Source: Octopus sinensis (taxonomy: Eukaryota). From it: DNA of 64,000 nt. The notes under the pieces are model-generated. The model ran no database searches, was not told where the DNA came from, and worked only from the letters and a program-made list of their open reading frames with translations. Position numbers and translations under genes: made by a program. Numbering within the stretch: position 1 is the stretch's first letter; the number at the start of each line of letters is the position of its first letter. The DNA is taken from positions 101,432,001-101,496,000 of the forward strand of contig NC_042997.1 in the NCBI RefSeq assembly GCF_006345805.1, read 5' to 3'. Of this stretch, positions 25,251 to 38,134 are shown piece after piece.

Positions 25251-26649
25251 ATATAGACTGATCTGTTCCACACCCTCACTACGATTTATTTATTGCATGA
25301 GATAGAGATTGTCGTGCTCCGATTCCGCGAGTCACAAAGCAGCACATTTTCTGCCACTTGCACGAGACGGTCGTAAGACGTCGACAAACAAGTCTGGGGG
25401 ATATATGTAAAGCTCAAAGAACAAGCCACCCAAACCAGGTGACACATCTCCGTCCAGAGTTTTGTGGTAGGCTATCGCGGTAGGTACTTAAGTCTGCTAT
25501 TGTCGCTGGTCATTGGAACAAATTCCGCTGGAAGGCTGCACACAATTGTTTGGAATCGAGTAGTATTAACCCATTCTGTTTAGTCAAAGAACAAGTTGTG
25601 GCTTTGTTGCCCTATTGCATCTCTTCCACCTGGACTCAACGAACAGCTTTCGTTCTTTCGTGTCTTTAAAGTACGCATCGTAATTTTGACAGCGCAACCT
25701 TCGTATTTTGCATTGAAAAAATAATCGAGAGGCATTCCTACCGCTAGCACGTCAGTCGCGATTCCTTTCTTCACCGCCTCTTATAATTTACTCTCTAACT
25801 CGTGTATTTTCTTTTTCTATCGCTACTTCTTTTCTAACCCTTATCGATCCTGTTTAGCTTTATCTTCACACTGGTACATACATAAAATTTAGTCGGTATC
25901 TGCCTGATGAAACTGTCTTATCGAGTTTGTAAGGTTTATGACGTCTGAAATCCAGTCGGTCTACCCCTTTAAAGCATAGGTAGTCTCTAAACTGAAGGCT
26001 CCTCCTAATCACAACCAGTATCACCATCATACCATCTGGATCCTAGAAAATAGTCCATGCTTCAAGATCCAAAGTTTTCCAAAACAACGCAGCTACTTCT
26101 TCTATTCAAGGCCAAAAAAGAAAGCGTACGCGTCTTAGTTGTCGAAAATGGATGCGAATCTAATGGAATAAAGTCATTAAACAAGCGACCTTGTTTCTAA
26201 GGTGATCCCGAGATGACATACATTTATGCTTCCTACTCTAAATACAGACTTTTGGTCGAAAAAAAAAAAGGTGGGGGAGTGAGAGAAGTAACTCATAATA
26301 GACTTGTGGGGAAAATGAATAATCCGGTCTTTCTAAAAAAAAAAAACCTTCAAGACGTCACTTGTTTACTGTTTCTCCGGTAGATTCCCATGTTGTTTTA
26401 GAAATTTAGGGCATTCACATAAAAAATTTATTTGATGAAAGTTTGAAAGGGATCCCCTTCAAAGTCCTCCCCTTCCGTTTGTATGTTCTTTTGTTGGGTT
26501 GTATAACTCCCAACTCATTGTCTTTTTTTTTTGTTTAGGAGAGCAAAGAAAGTATGGTGTTTGCTGTCCTTGTTTTTTATATATATTTCTTTTTCTTTTG
26601 AGGTGACTGATGCGTTTTCCAGTAGTAGTAGTAGTAGTTGTTGTTGTTG

Positions 26650-26681
<32 letters not shown>

Positions 26682-27726
26682 GGTGGTGGTGGTGGTGGTG
26701 TGTTTGTGGCTGTGTGACTGGCTGGTGATGGTGTTGATTGTAGATTTGGTTATCTTCGTTGTTCTTGATGTTGAAATGGTTGTGTTTGTGGATGTTTCTT
26801 ATTATTTGTGTGGGCGGGTGATATATTTTTTTCCCTCTTGACTCCTCTGACAACTAATTATTGTCTGCTTTCTTCTGTTCCTCATCATTTATCGAGGAAC
26901 TCAAGGGGGAGTTGGAGGCTGCTTGTGTGTCTTTCCATCGTTTCTGTTGTGTTGTTCTTGTAGGGTGCGTGACATTCTTGCAAAGCAACTTCTTTCCAAG
27001 ATTGATGGTAGTACTTTCATCATCTACGTTGTGGTTTTGCTTTTGTTGCTTTTGTTGTTGTTGCTACTGCCGCTACTGCTGTTGTTGTTGTTGTTGCTAA
27101 GCAACAAGACGGGTAAGGGAGATTAGGTGATGGTCTAAGGCTTATGAGCGGGAGACCCCAGACCTTGGAAAAAAAAACTTTGGTCGTCTTGTTGTAGTCG
27201 AGGGCTCTTCGTTGACGCCCGACATCACTGGGAGGTGATCCTCGAAGTCGCTGGAAATGAAGATTTCCAGGTCCAAATTCTTGGACGGCTGCTGCCGCTG
27301 CTTCTGATCTTCTTATGTTGCTGCTGTTGATAAAGTTGTGGTTATGGTATTGACAGCGAAGAGGCTTTTACATTTCTTCCTGAGTTCATAAAGCTTTCTG
27401 ATGGCTAGTGCAACAGCAAATATAGCACATGACTCTCCTGCCTTCCACTTTTGCCTGTGTTGTCTGGAGTTAAAAGCATTTGCATCTGTATTTTTAAACG
27501 CTGACTTGTTTTTGTAAGAACTAAGTTTGGTACTGATAACTTCCCCATACACCTCCAAGATCATATACTTAACATTACATAAAATATTTCAAGTTGATTT
27601 CTAAAGAAACATTTCTGAGTCACCTTAGTTATATACCTTTCCATGTATTAACATTGATGAATATTCGTTAGAGGAACGTGTACGCCATGCTATTTTTCTG
27701 GTTGAGGTATATGGCCATCATTAGTA

Positions 27727-27986
27727 GAGGCGCGTGGCTTAGTAGTTTGGGTGTCAGCATCATGATCGCAAGATTGTGGTTTCGATTCCTGGACCGGGTG
27801 ACGCGTTGTGTTCTTGAGCAAAACACTTCATTTCACGTTGCTCCAGTCCACTCAGCAGGCAAAAAGGAGTAACGCTGCGATGGACTGGCGTCCCGTCCAG
27901 CTGGGGAACACATACGCCATAGAAACCGGGAAACCGGGCCCATAAGCCTGGCTAGGCTTTAAAAGGGCGCATTTATTATTTTTTTT
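27727..27986 (+). mobile_element. tRNA-headed SINE, family C, with 16-bp TSD
   Basis: A/B-box-like head (tggcttagtagt.., ggtttcgattcc). TSD tatatggccatcatta (27708-23) / tatatgtccatcatta (27987-28002). Confidence 0.9.
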
Positions 27987-28397
27987 TATATGTCCATCAT
28001 TACATTGTTTTGCTTTCCTTATCTGTCATACTTCCTATATATGTCTTTTTCTGCTTGTTCAAAGATAGGGTTTTCGGAACCTTTCATTTGTTTGTTTGTT
28101 TGTTTTTAATACTAACGCATTCACCTACATTTCCGGATCCTACTCAATATGTTTAGTTCTGCTTCGAAGAGTTGGAGCAAGTTAGGCAGTATTAGGAAAT
28201 GTTTCTGTTTTAGGTTGAAATCTTCCTTGTCTTCCAAACAACGCTTAATCAACATTTAGATGACAATTTGAAAAAAAATATATTTTGCTGTATTTGTGTT
28301 TAGGGACACGCCAGCGAAGGCAATAGTTGAAAGTGTTTTATTTGATGGTGGTTGTGATTGTAGTTGTGGTGGTTGTGTTAGTGTTATTGGTGATAAT

Positions 28398-28816
28398 AGG
28401 CGCAGGAGTGGCTGTGTGGTAAGTAGCTTGCTAACCAACCACATGGTTCCGGGTTCAGTCCAACTGCGTGGCATCTTGGGCAAGTGTCTTCTGCTATAGC
28501 CCCGGGCCGACCAATGCCTCGTGAGTGGATTTGGTAGACGGAAACTGAAAGAAGCCCGTCGTATATATGTATATATATATATATGTATGTGTGTGTGTTT
28601 GTGTGTCTGTGTTTGTCCCCCTAGCATTGCTTGACAACCGATGCTGCTGTGTTTACGTCCCCGTCACTTAGCGGTTCGGCAAAAAGAGACCGATAGAATA
28701 AGTACTGGGTTTACAAAGAATAAGTCCCGGGGTCGATTTGCTCGACTAAAGGCGGTGCTCCAGCATAGCCGCAGTCAAATGACTGAAACAAGTAAAAGAG
28801 TAAAGAGTAAAGAGTA
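28398..28816 (+). mobile_element. SINE family B, full length
   Basis: tRNA-like head ggcgcaggagtggctgtgtggtaag..ggttcagtcc, internal (AT)(GT) repeat, (agagtaa)n tail, taatag on both flanks. Confidence 0.92.
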
Positions 28817-29457
28817 ATAGCAGTTTTATTGACTGTCTCCGCATCGACGGCCGTGGTGGTGGCAGTGGTGTTTGGTTGTTTTTGCAAATCATTTTGGTGC
28901 AGTTGTTAATACAGTCTTTTATTTTCATTTTCAGTGTTAATTCTTGCATGCTCTCTTTCATTGTCCGCCCGTTTTTGTTACTATTGAAAGAAGTGGTGGT
29001 AATGGTGGTTTCATTTGATACGTTACAGCTGTTGTTGCTTGATATGCTTTTTTAGCTCGACAGGGTTTTGCTCTTCTATTTTTCTCAGGAGTAAACGTTA
29101 GACTTTTAAAAAGTCGTTTTCGAAGACAGCCTCTCCTTTGCAAACCTTTTCCTTGTAATTTTTAATTTTCTGTTCATTTATTTACTTTCAAAATTGACGA
29201 CATGTTTAACGTTCTTTTTTTTTTTTTTTTGAAAAATTTACGAAGAGAAAAAAAATTATTCCAGATGTTACATTTAACCTCAAAGATGTGAGAAAGAAAT
29301 AAATAAAACAACAAAGCTAACCAGAAGAACAGGCTAGTTGGTTGCTCTGCATTAAAATGAACAAAATTTCAAAATAACAAATACCTGAAAGTGCACAAAA
29401 CAAATTTTCTTAACCTTACAGAAACAAGTTCAAACAAGTTTGCAGTCAGCAAGTAAT

Positions 29458-29675
29458 GATAATCCTTTCTACTATAGGCACAAGGCCTGAAATTTTGGGG
29501 GAAGAGACTAGTCGATTACACCGAACCCAGTATTACACTGGTACTTATTTTATCAACCCCGAAAGGATGAAAGGCAAAGTTGACCTCGACGGAATTTGAA
29601 CTCAGAACGTAGCGACGGGCAAAATACCGTTAAGCATTTCGCCCGGCGTGCTGACGATTCTGCCAGCTTGCCACC
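29458..29675 (-). mobile_element. SINE family A, full length
   Basis: Reverse complement of the family A head and core. Confidence 0.88.
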
Positions 29676-29708
29676 TTGATAATAATAATAATGATGATAA
29701 TAATAATA

Positions 29709-29768
<60 letters not shown>

Positions 29769-29770
<2 letters not shown>

Positions 29771-30306
29771 TGCCCTAATGCAGTACCAGGCAGTGGCTCT
29801 CATGGCTTCTGATCTTAACTGATTGGAAGTGTTATCATGTACATTGTTTTGTCTTGGTATAAAAGATGGGCTACAGCAAATATTCTGCTCAATACCACAG
29901 ATTTGCTTGTCAGTTGTTTGACCTTAACCAGTTGAGCATGTCCCTTAGTGGCTGACGATATGTGCATCTCTGATCACGAGCAGAAGTAGTGGGGGAGCAT
30001 CATAGCCATGTGTTGAGAGGGATTCTTTGGGGTTTGAATAATTCACCTCTGGAAACATGAGTGGTTCTTTCAACATCCTTAAACAACCCTTATTCAGGGA
30101 CCTTTTGAGCGGGATGGGCTACTCAACCTGAAGAAAATTCTAACTGGGCCCCACCTGCAAGGTCATGTGCTGTTTATCTTGATATGAGATCACCATGTCG
30201 CGCACATATGGTTGTGATGCATGTGCCTGGTGTACCTTTATCAGACGGGTAGTCATGATGGGTATATTAGGCTTCGTATTTGATGGCATGAACTGCTCTC
30301 TCACTC
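29769..30306 (+). mobile_element. Unclassified ~535-bp non-coding interspersed element between two (AAT)n arrays
   Basis: Arrays at 29680-29768 and 30307-30368. A second partial copy on the opposite strand at ~49517-49610 shares the same end. Confidence 0.6.
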
Positions 30307-30368
<62 letters not shown>

Positions 30369-30370
<2 letters not shown>

Positions 30371-32420
30371 CTATCAACAAAAAAAATACAGACGAATACA
30401 GATCTGCTAGCCTTAAGAAGCTGTGCTACGAACAATGTTTATGTGCAGAGAATCCTAAACTGACAGATCCGTCTCTTAATGTAAGAGTCGAAGCTCGTCA
30501 TGCTTCAATGTCAACAAAACAACCTACAATCCGCGATGGTCGGCGAGCGGACTACAAAAGACCACGTACCCGAAAATTGAACCAAAGTCTGATTGAAAAA
30601 TCAGCTACTGGATCAAATCTTCCCGACACACAGGAGCTGGAGGTACCCCGCAACTGGAATATTCCAACAGATGGCTATCCATGCTCGTCACCAAACACTC
30701 AAAAGAAAAAGAAGGAAAAATGGACTAGGGAAGATAATAAAGAAGTTCTTGCGGCCTTCTACCATGCCATATATTTCCCCACAGATAAATCGAACACTAT
30801 ACAAACCTACATAAACTGGAGACAGAAACACCCTGAAGTAAGACCCTACATAGACAGTAACAAACTTGCCAACGTCAGAAGAAACATTATAAAAAAAAAT
30901 TACTGACTGAAATAGAGATTGATCAAGTTAGACAAGCAGTAACGGATAGAATGAACGAAGCTGCAGCTAAAGAAGATAATACAAAGGAAATAATTATAGA
31001 CCAGCCCAGAGCTGATAAAAAACGAAGTAAGGATTGAAAGAGTTAGTATAAGTGATAGGCAAAGTGAAATACTCCCTGAACCAATCATAAACACTAAGAC
31101 AGATGAACATCAAATAGATGAAGAAAGTCACACAAATATTGACCCAACAAACTACATGAGCTAAAAAGTCAAATCATGATTGAATGGCTGAAAATTAAAG
31201 AAGCCAGTATGGATGAACGTGATACACTCCCTACAATCCGCAACTCTAACCAAAACATGAAAATAATTGGTACAACCCGGCTTGCACTTAAGGATATAAT
31301 TTCAGCTAATGATGTTGATATCACAGATCTCAACCACCTATACTATGCATCTGCGAAAATCTCAACGATCCTATGTGGTGAAAAGATTAGAAAACGGCAA
31401 CATTTCCACAAAAAGCCTTCTTGGCAAGGGCGTTTGCAACAACAAATTAAACTATTTAGATCTGACATTGAATATTTGAAAAACCTTAAGATTCATAAGA
31501 CTACCAAACCTACAAAAACCCAAAAACTAATGAAAAAATATAATATGAAAACTATACTTGATATTGATGCCACCATAGAAACCATCAAGCAAAAGGTATC
31601 TGCTAAAGCTGCCCGCATAGCGAGGTATGAAAAGCGCGTTAGATTCTTCAGTGACAACAACATGTTAAAAATTAACCCCAAAAATCTTTACAGGAAGATG
31701 GGAAAAACACCAGTTTCTGTAAAGTCTGTACCATCAAAAGAAGAAGTGCAGGGATTTTGGAACAAAATTTGGGCAGAAGAAAAATACACACAGCGAAAAG
31801 GCCCCCTGGATTGATAGAATATCTAAAGAACTGGACTCCTTAGAAGAGCAAAAGTGGGAGGGTGTCAAGGTAGAAGATATAAGATCTGCTCTCGGGAGGT
31901 CAAGCAAATGGAAGTCTCCAGGAAAGGATAAAATCCCTATTTTTGGTTGAATGCCTTCCCAGAGAGCCATGAACTGCTAACAGAAATTTACAATGATGTT
32001 TTGCAACACCCTAGTAGGATGCCTCCTTGGCTAGTTAATGGGTTAACATTCCTGCTTCCAAAAAGGGAAGAAACAAATGAACCAAAAAACTATAGACCCA
32101 TAACCTGCTTAACAACTATGTATAAAACACTAACATCTGTCCTGACGGAATATACCTATAGTTTTTTGACAGACAGCAGCATATTCCCTAATGAACAGAA
32201 AGGATGTAAACGTGGATCCTACGGTTGTAAAGATCAACTACTCATCAATAAGATGATCTTAGAAGATTGTCACAAACGACACAAAAACTTATCAATAGCC
32301 TGGATAGACTATAAAAAGGCTTTTGATAGCCTACCACATAGCTGGATTAAGAAATGCCTAGAAATATATAAGACAGCACCTACTCTGCGAAACTTTCTGT
32401 CTGTAAGAACCACACTAACT
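30369..32420 (+). mobile_element. R4/Dong-type LINE 5' portion (N-terminus and RT domains 0-2), cut off by a PLE
   Basis: KWTREDNKEVL N-terminus; KQKVSAKAARIARYEK; PKNYRPITCLTTMYK, EQKGCKRGSYGCKDQL and WIDYKKAFDSLPH. Starts directly after (AAT)n. Confidence 0.92.
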
Positions 32421-33780
32421 TTGAACGTACCATTTTCCGAGCCTTCCGGCGACTCCAGTCTGACCCTCCACCTCGCACATTTTCCCTAACCTACCTGTGA
32501 CCTCTTGGTCCACCGTTTCTTTCCTACCCGGCCTCCCAGCCTGGTTCCTTCCCCTGCTCCCACCCACGCTGTTGTACCTGCTCCTACCTCTCCCTCACCA
32601 TCATCTTCACAGGTACCCATCACCGTCCCTATCACGTCACCGAATCCTTTACCTGCACCTCTAGTAATGTTATTTACTGCATCTACTGCTCTCTCTGTCC
32701 TTCCCGGTACATTGGTCAAACGGGACACCTCTTGACTGACCGGTTCGCGGAGCACCTCCGATACATCGGACTCGGTGATGACACCCCGATCTCGCGCCAT
32801 TTCCGCTCTACCGGTCATTCGCTACAACATCTATTTGTGTTCGGACTGTCTCTGCACAGGGGCCACCCGGACTCCCGCCTTCACCGTGAACAGGAATTAA
32901 TCTACTCTCTTCGTTCCTTTGTGCAATATGGGCTCAACTCACCTCCTCCCTTCATTTGACACCAACCCCACACGGATTCTCACTTGCCTCCCACAAACAA
33001 ATGCCTCCACCTACACACCTGCATACCACCATCCTCGGTACCCTCACCTGCACGCACCACTATACACACACCCATACACACTGTTCAACTCATCACCCAG
33101 TTCACACATCATTACACACACCCACAACACCTTCCCACTCCACACTCACACTAGCACTGACCACTTCTCGGCACCCACACCACACACCATCATCCACACA
33201 CCCACACACAATCTTCAATAGCGTCACCACACGTCATCATGCTCATTCCCACACCCACACAAGCACATAATACCTGAACACAGACAATATATACACACAC
33301 GCAACACACATAGACAAAGATAGCTTTCACCCACATACATACACTATACACATGCACACTATTTGGTCACAGTGACACACACACACGCACACACACATAC
33401 ACATGTGCACACACCACGTAAAAAATCACGCATCAACTGCTACATATAACACACACACACATACACTCATTACACGCGCACATACACACGCCATTCACAC
33501 ACACACACGCTTGCGCACCTCAGATTGTTGGGATCATCTCCCTTTCATTCAACCTCTCTTTGCTATTATCTTCCTTTTCTTCCAATCATTCGCTATGTTG
33601 GTCCGCTGAACCCTACACGTTTGTTTCCTTTTCTCTCTATGTATTTCTTCTTATTCCTTCCGACGAAGAGCGTAGACTCGAAACGTAAAAGACTTTTTCA
33701 TTTTTCCGAGCATCAAACTAATACACTTGCCTGTTGTTCCTACAGCTGTCTTCGTCTTTTGTTTTTCTATATCTTTTAAC
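32420..33780 (+). mobile_element. Penelope-like element 3' fragment (GIY-YIG + pseudo-LTR)
   Basis: ~32615-32960 translates FTCTSSNVIYCIYCSLCPSRYIGQTGHLLTDRFAEHL..RHF..EQELI..GLN. HHR-like motif at 33660. Confidence 0.88.
33655..33692 (+). ncRNA. Minimal type I HHR with mutated core
   Basis: CCGACGA (U4-to-C) - a-gag cgtaga ctc - GAAAC 33680-84 - GTA. Stem III is reduced to the palindrome ACGT. Confidence 0.5.
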
Positions 33781-33791
33781 TGTATATATAT

Positions 33792-34891
33792 TGTTACGGA
33801 ATCACCCGTCGTCGCCCGTCCCGAACGGCTCACACAAGTTCCGCCACGGAACCCAAAGAGGCGGAGAGAGGAGATACAGATAGATACTGCCACAACCTCA
33901 ACAGCACAGAGATACAGAGGCACAACCCGAGATACAACCCAAAGAGAGGCAAGGCAACAGAGACACTGGCTTATATTCAAACAACAGTTTATACGACAAT
34001 TACAATTGTTACACATCAAATACATTTAAGGCAGACATTTAAAGGAAGACATGCACGTGACTACTCAATACATCATGCAACAGATCAACGCATAATACAA
34101 CAGCATGTAACAAGAGTACAATTCAAAGTTCAACAGTTCTTTAAAGTCTCTTTCTGAACATCACAGATAAAGTCACATCAACAAGTCCTTTACTCAATTC
34201 TGAACATAAACACCACAACTCGATAATCGACATATCGACAGAGTCTCTGACTGTTCTCTTCCCTGTTCAATACACAAATCACATACCTCAATTCCTAATT
34301 GAATCTGCCAGTGTCCCATTCCTCCCAATCCTGCTAATTCCTTCTGAATACTGCTAATTCCCTTCTGTGCATATTCCAATCGCCTGCTCCCAAAATCCCA
34401 AGATCCCTGCTGATCTGTCCAAGATCCGTCTGTGTTCTCCGACGACCGCTTAACTGCAAGATCCGTCCTTCCTGACGACCAACTACGAACTGCCAGATCC
34501 GTCTGTGTTCTTCGACGACCGCTCAACGACTGCCCAGACCTCACTTCGTCTCTGTGCTTCTTCCACTCCCTCATCTCCCTCTGTACCGCTCATACCCTCT
34601 CTAACTGTCCCTTAGTCTTATACTCTATCTCTCTCATGACAGCTCTACCATACTCTCTGCCTGTCCTTCTCTCTTACTGTCAATACCCTCTCCATCTGCT
34701 CTTAGATTCCCTTAATCTGTCTCTTTTCTCTTTCACATTCTCCTGACCCTTTTCTCAACCGCACGAGGTCACAGGTCATTCCAAAACCCATTAGTCCTCC
34801 ATTAGACAAAAGACTGTCACATTTTCACCAGACATCATGGTGCCATTATTCCTATGTGGGTCACCAGAAATGCACCTAGCCAACCGTAACA
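33792..34891. mobile_element. Solo LTR (probably Ty3/Gypsy-type)
   Basis: Termini TGTTACGG...CCGTAACA form a perfect 8-bp inverted repeat. 4-bp TSD ATAT on both sides. Internal gatccgtctgtgttct repeats. Confidence 0.72.
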
Positions 34892-35272
34892 ATATATATA
34901 ATGCAAAATGGGACAAGAACGCAAAACATCCAGACAGGTGATACAAAAAAGGGACAACAAAACATTCAGATAGACGATACAAAGAAAACAAGGACGGGTC
35001 ATTCGGAGTTTTCTTTCCTCAGTTGAGTTGCAGATTATCTTTGCAATTTCGGTTGATTGTACTCGAGATTGCTCCAATCTGGCCAGCCCCAAGGAAAAAC
35101 TAAGCTAAGAGCATTACATTCCTTGGAAGAATGCAGCGAATGTATACGAAAACAAGGGCGGAAAAAAACGGAGAATGTTACACAAATAGAAATTACAGGG
35201 CATACAACAGGTGTCTTTCGACTAAGGACGAATTAAATTAAGCTGGCGTGTGTGAAAATAAAGCCTTACGGC

Positions 35273-35330
<58 letters not shown>

Positions 35331-35409
35331 GCACATACATACATAATACATACATACATACATACATACATACATACATACATACATACATACATACATA
35401 CATACATAA

Positions 35410-38122
35410 TGTTCGTCCTTCGGGTTCGAAGATGACCATTGACATCATTTGGTGGAATTGCTGCTATGAGACCGGAGGTGGCTGGTGAGGCCTATCCGGG
35501 CAAGAAAGCCCCTCCCACAAGTGGGGCAGAAGTGGGTAGGGGCTGTGCTATTGGTGCAGGTGGCTCTGGCTTTCCGCATCAGGCGTTTCTGTTCTGCTGA
35601 CTGAATCCGTCTCTCCTCGGCTGTCTTTGCTCCTGTGGTGATTGCGCTGCGCCAGGATGAGCGGTCGGCAGCAAGTGTCTCCCAAGTCTCTGTGCCGGTG
35701 GAAAAGTCCTTGAGAGAGACTTTGAGACTGTCCTTGAAGCGCTTCTTCTGCCCTCCGACTTTGCGTTTGCCCTGGCTGAGTTCACCGTAGAAGAGCTGTT
35801 TTGGGATGCGAGTGTCGGACATGCGGGAGAAGTGGCCTGCCCAACACAGCTGGGCCTTGCGCATGATCGTGATGGGGCTAGGGAGATCTGCCTGCTTCAG
35901 AACTTCCGTGTCTGGGACTTTGTCCTGCCAGCGGATGTGAAGGAGGTTCCGAAGACACCTGAGGTGGAAGTGGTTAATCTGGCGCTCGTGCCTTCAGTAA
36001 GCAGTCCACGTCTCGCAGCCGTATAGTAGGGTGGTAAGCACGACTGCCCGGTAGACTTTCAGCTTGGTGTTGAGGCTGATTCCTCTCCGCTCCCAGACTT
36101 TCTTTCGCAGTCTCCCAAACGCGCTGCTTGCTTTGGAGATTCTGTTGATGATTTCAGCATCTATGTTGGCATTGCAGGAGAGAGTGCTGCCCAGGTAGGT
36201 GAAGTTTTCCACCGCTCGTAGGATCCGTCCGTTCACCTTTATCTGAGGCTCATGGTATTGTTTGCCGGGGGCTGGCTGAAACATCACTTCGGTTTTCTTG
36301 ACACTGATGGTGAGACCGAAGTTGTCACAAGCTGATGAGAACATATCCATCCCGTGCTGCATCCCCTGCTCATCGATTGCGTTAAGGGCGCAGTCGTCAG
36401 CAAAGAGGAAGTCTCTGACGACTGTCTCCCTCACCTTTGTGACGGCCCTGCAATCTTCTGGAGTTGAAAAGTTTCCCGTCCGTCCGGTACTTGATGTCGA
36501 TACCGGACTTGCAGTCCCTGAAGGCGTCGGACAGCATTGCCGAGAACATGATGCTGGACAGTGTTGCGGCCAGGACACAGCCCTGCCTGACTCCGTTGGT
36601 CACCTGGAAGACTTCAGATGAGTTGCCGTCTTCAAGGACTCTGGCTGTCATTCCGTCGTGGAACTGGCGGACAATTGCAATAAATTAGCTGGGGCAACCA
36701 AATTTTCCCATGACCTTCCAGAGTCCCTCCCAACTGACTCTATCGAAAGCCCTGGTGAGGTCAACAAAGGTCATGCAGAGGTCAAGATGCTGCTCCATGC
36801 ATTTCTCCTGGAGCTGGCGGGTGGCGAATATCATGTCAGTGGTCCCTCGACCCGCGTTGAAGTCACACTGGCTCTCAGGGAGAAGGCCTTGCTCCAAGTG
36901 TTCCAAAAGGCGGTCAAGCAGGACTCGGGCCAGGATCTTGCCTGCTATGGACAAGAGGAAGATTCCTCTGTTTGGAGCGTGGATGCATCCATGTCTTGTT
37001 GCGTGTTGGCAGACGGAACAAGGTGTTGGCAATGGTAAAATCATGAGAGGCACACGCCCGCAGGAGGAGCTGCCCGTTGTTGTTGCACTTTCCGATTCCT
37101 TGCTTTCCCAGTACGCGATGCCAGGCTTGGTGGTCAGTCCCGACACGGGCATTAAAGTCCCCAAGAAGGATGAGCTTCCCAGGCTGGGCTGACGTGATGA
37201 GGGAGTCGAGTTCCTCATAGACCCTGTCCTTAACGCGTAAGCGCTGATGATGGTCGCACTAGTCTTGTTTCCAAGTGGGAGCTGCATCTTCATCTTCAGT
37301 TCTCTGGCCACCAGGGCAGTTCGTCTCTCTGGTCTGTCCGCTTTGGTGTTGTCAAGCAGAGTTCTCACGTTCCAAGTTGCGAAAGTGAGCACCTTTGTTC
37401 GCTTTCTTTCTTTGTTTCGACCGCTTGGAAAGGATCCCCGCCAGCCGCGGTTTGCTGACCAGGGTGAGGTGAGGCAGGCTATGTTTAGGGCAACCTTTTC
37501 TAGCCCCGTCCTCATGCTGCGGAGGCGAGCAGAGCGATCCTGAAGAGGGCTGCTCGGTCACTCATGAGGCTGCCGGACTCCACTGCTGCCTCAATTCAGT
37601 GAGGGGCGACCACATGTCCTGAGCCGCCTGTGTGTGGGTTCACGACTGCAGCTCCCAGTGTATCCTCACCTGCTACTTCGCCGTTTCCCCATCGCCACAG
37701 GACTTTGTGATGTTGGTGTCATGATGTCATGACGTGCGCGTGACTTGGATTATAGTGAGGGTGACTTGCGCAGGATCAGCCTCACTCTCTCGTCCTGGTG
37801 CGCCGGATCTAGTGGCAAGACAAAGTCAAGACGGCTGGGGGTAGACCAGGATGCAGGAGCTGCCGGAAGGTGGCACGCATGGCGCAATCCAACCGCCTTA
37901 GGGGCTCCACTCCGGATTTATGTAGGTTTTTGGATGGCCATTGACTCATGAGAGAGTTCCTCTGCCCTTTGACAGGTTTTGTTTTTAGTCCTGCTGGGTG
38001 TCCAAATCACCCTCCTCACCAAGAAATCTTGGTGGGGTTGCCAGTTTAGTCGCCAACGACCCGACCATGTAACAGGTTGTACTGGGTTACATGTTACCAG
38101 TAGCTCCAAGCGGAGACCTGAC
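35410..38122 (-). mobile_element. RTE/BovB-like LINE, both ends present, internally deleted
   Basis: APE (TFATWNVRTL, IISAYA), RT (GILLSIAGKILAR-like, FVDLTRAFD, GVRQGC, FLFADDCAL, FTYLGS) and C-terminus (WAGH..RIPKQLFYGEL, CPTCGRGF..GLTSH). (TATG)n tail at 35330-35409. Confidence 0.95.
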
Positions 38123-38134
38123 ACTGAATATATA

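Larger units (their letters stand above)
26500..29160 (-). pseudogene. Possible decayed H/Q/T-rich coding relic interrupted by two SINEs
   Basis: Protein-like segments in shifting frames, e.g. HHH..QQQ, LIKRCLEDKEDFNLKQKHFLILPNLLQLFEAELNIL and T-rich runs. No family recognised. Confidence 0.25.

Noticed and set aside
25900-25960. CTGATGA..GAAA..GTC
   Set aside because: Stems II and III do not pair convincingly; too degenerate to call.
27727-27800. tRNA genes at SINE heads (also 28398, 49931, 53750-53826)
   Set aside because: No complete cloverleaf; each continues into a repeated SINE body.
34985-35278. Minus-strand CTGAGGA..ctccgaa as an HHR in an interspersed repeat
   Set aside because: No GAAA plus stem III plus UH arrangement could be built.
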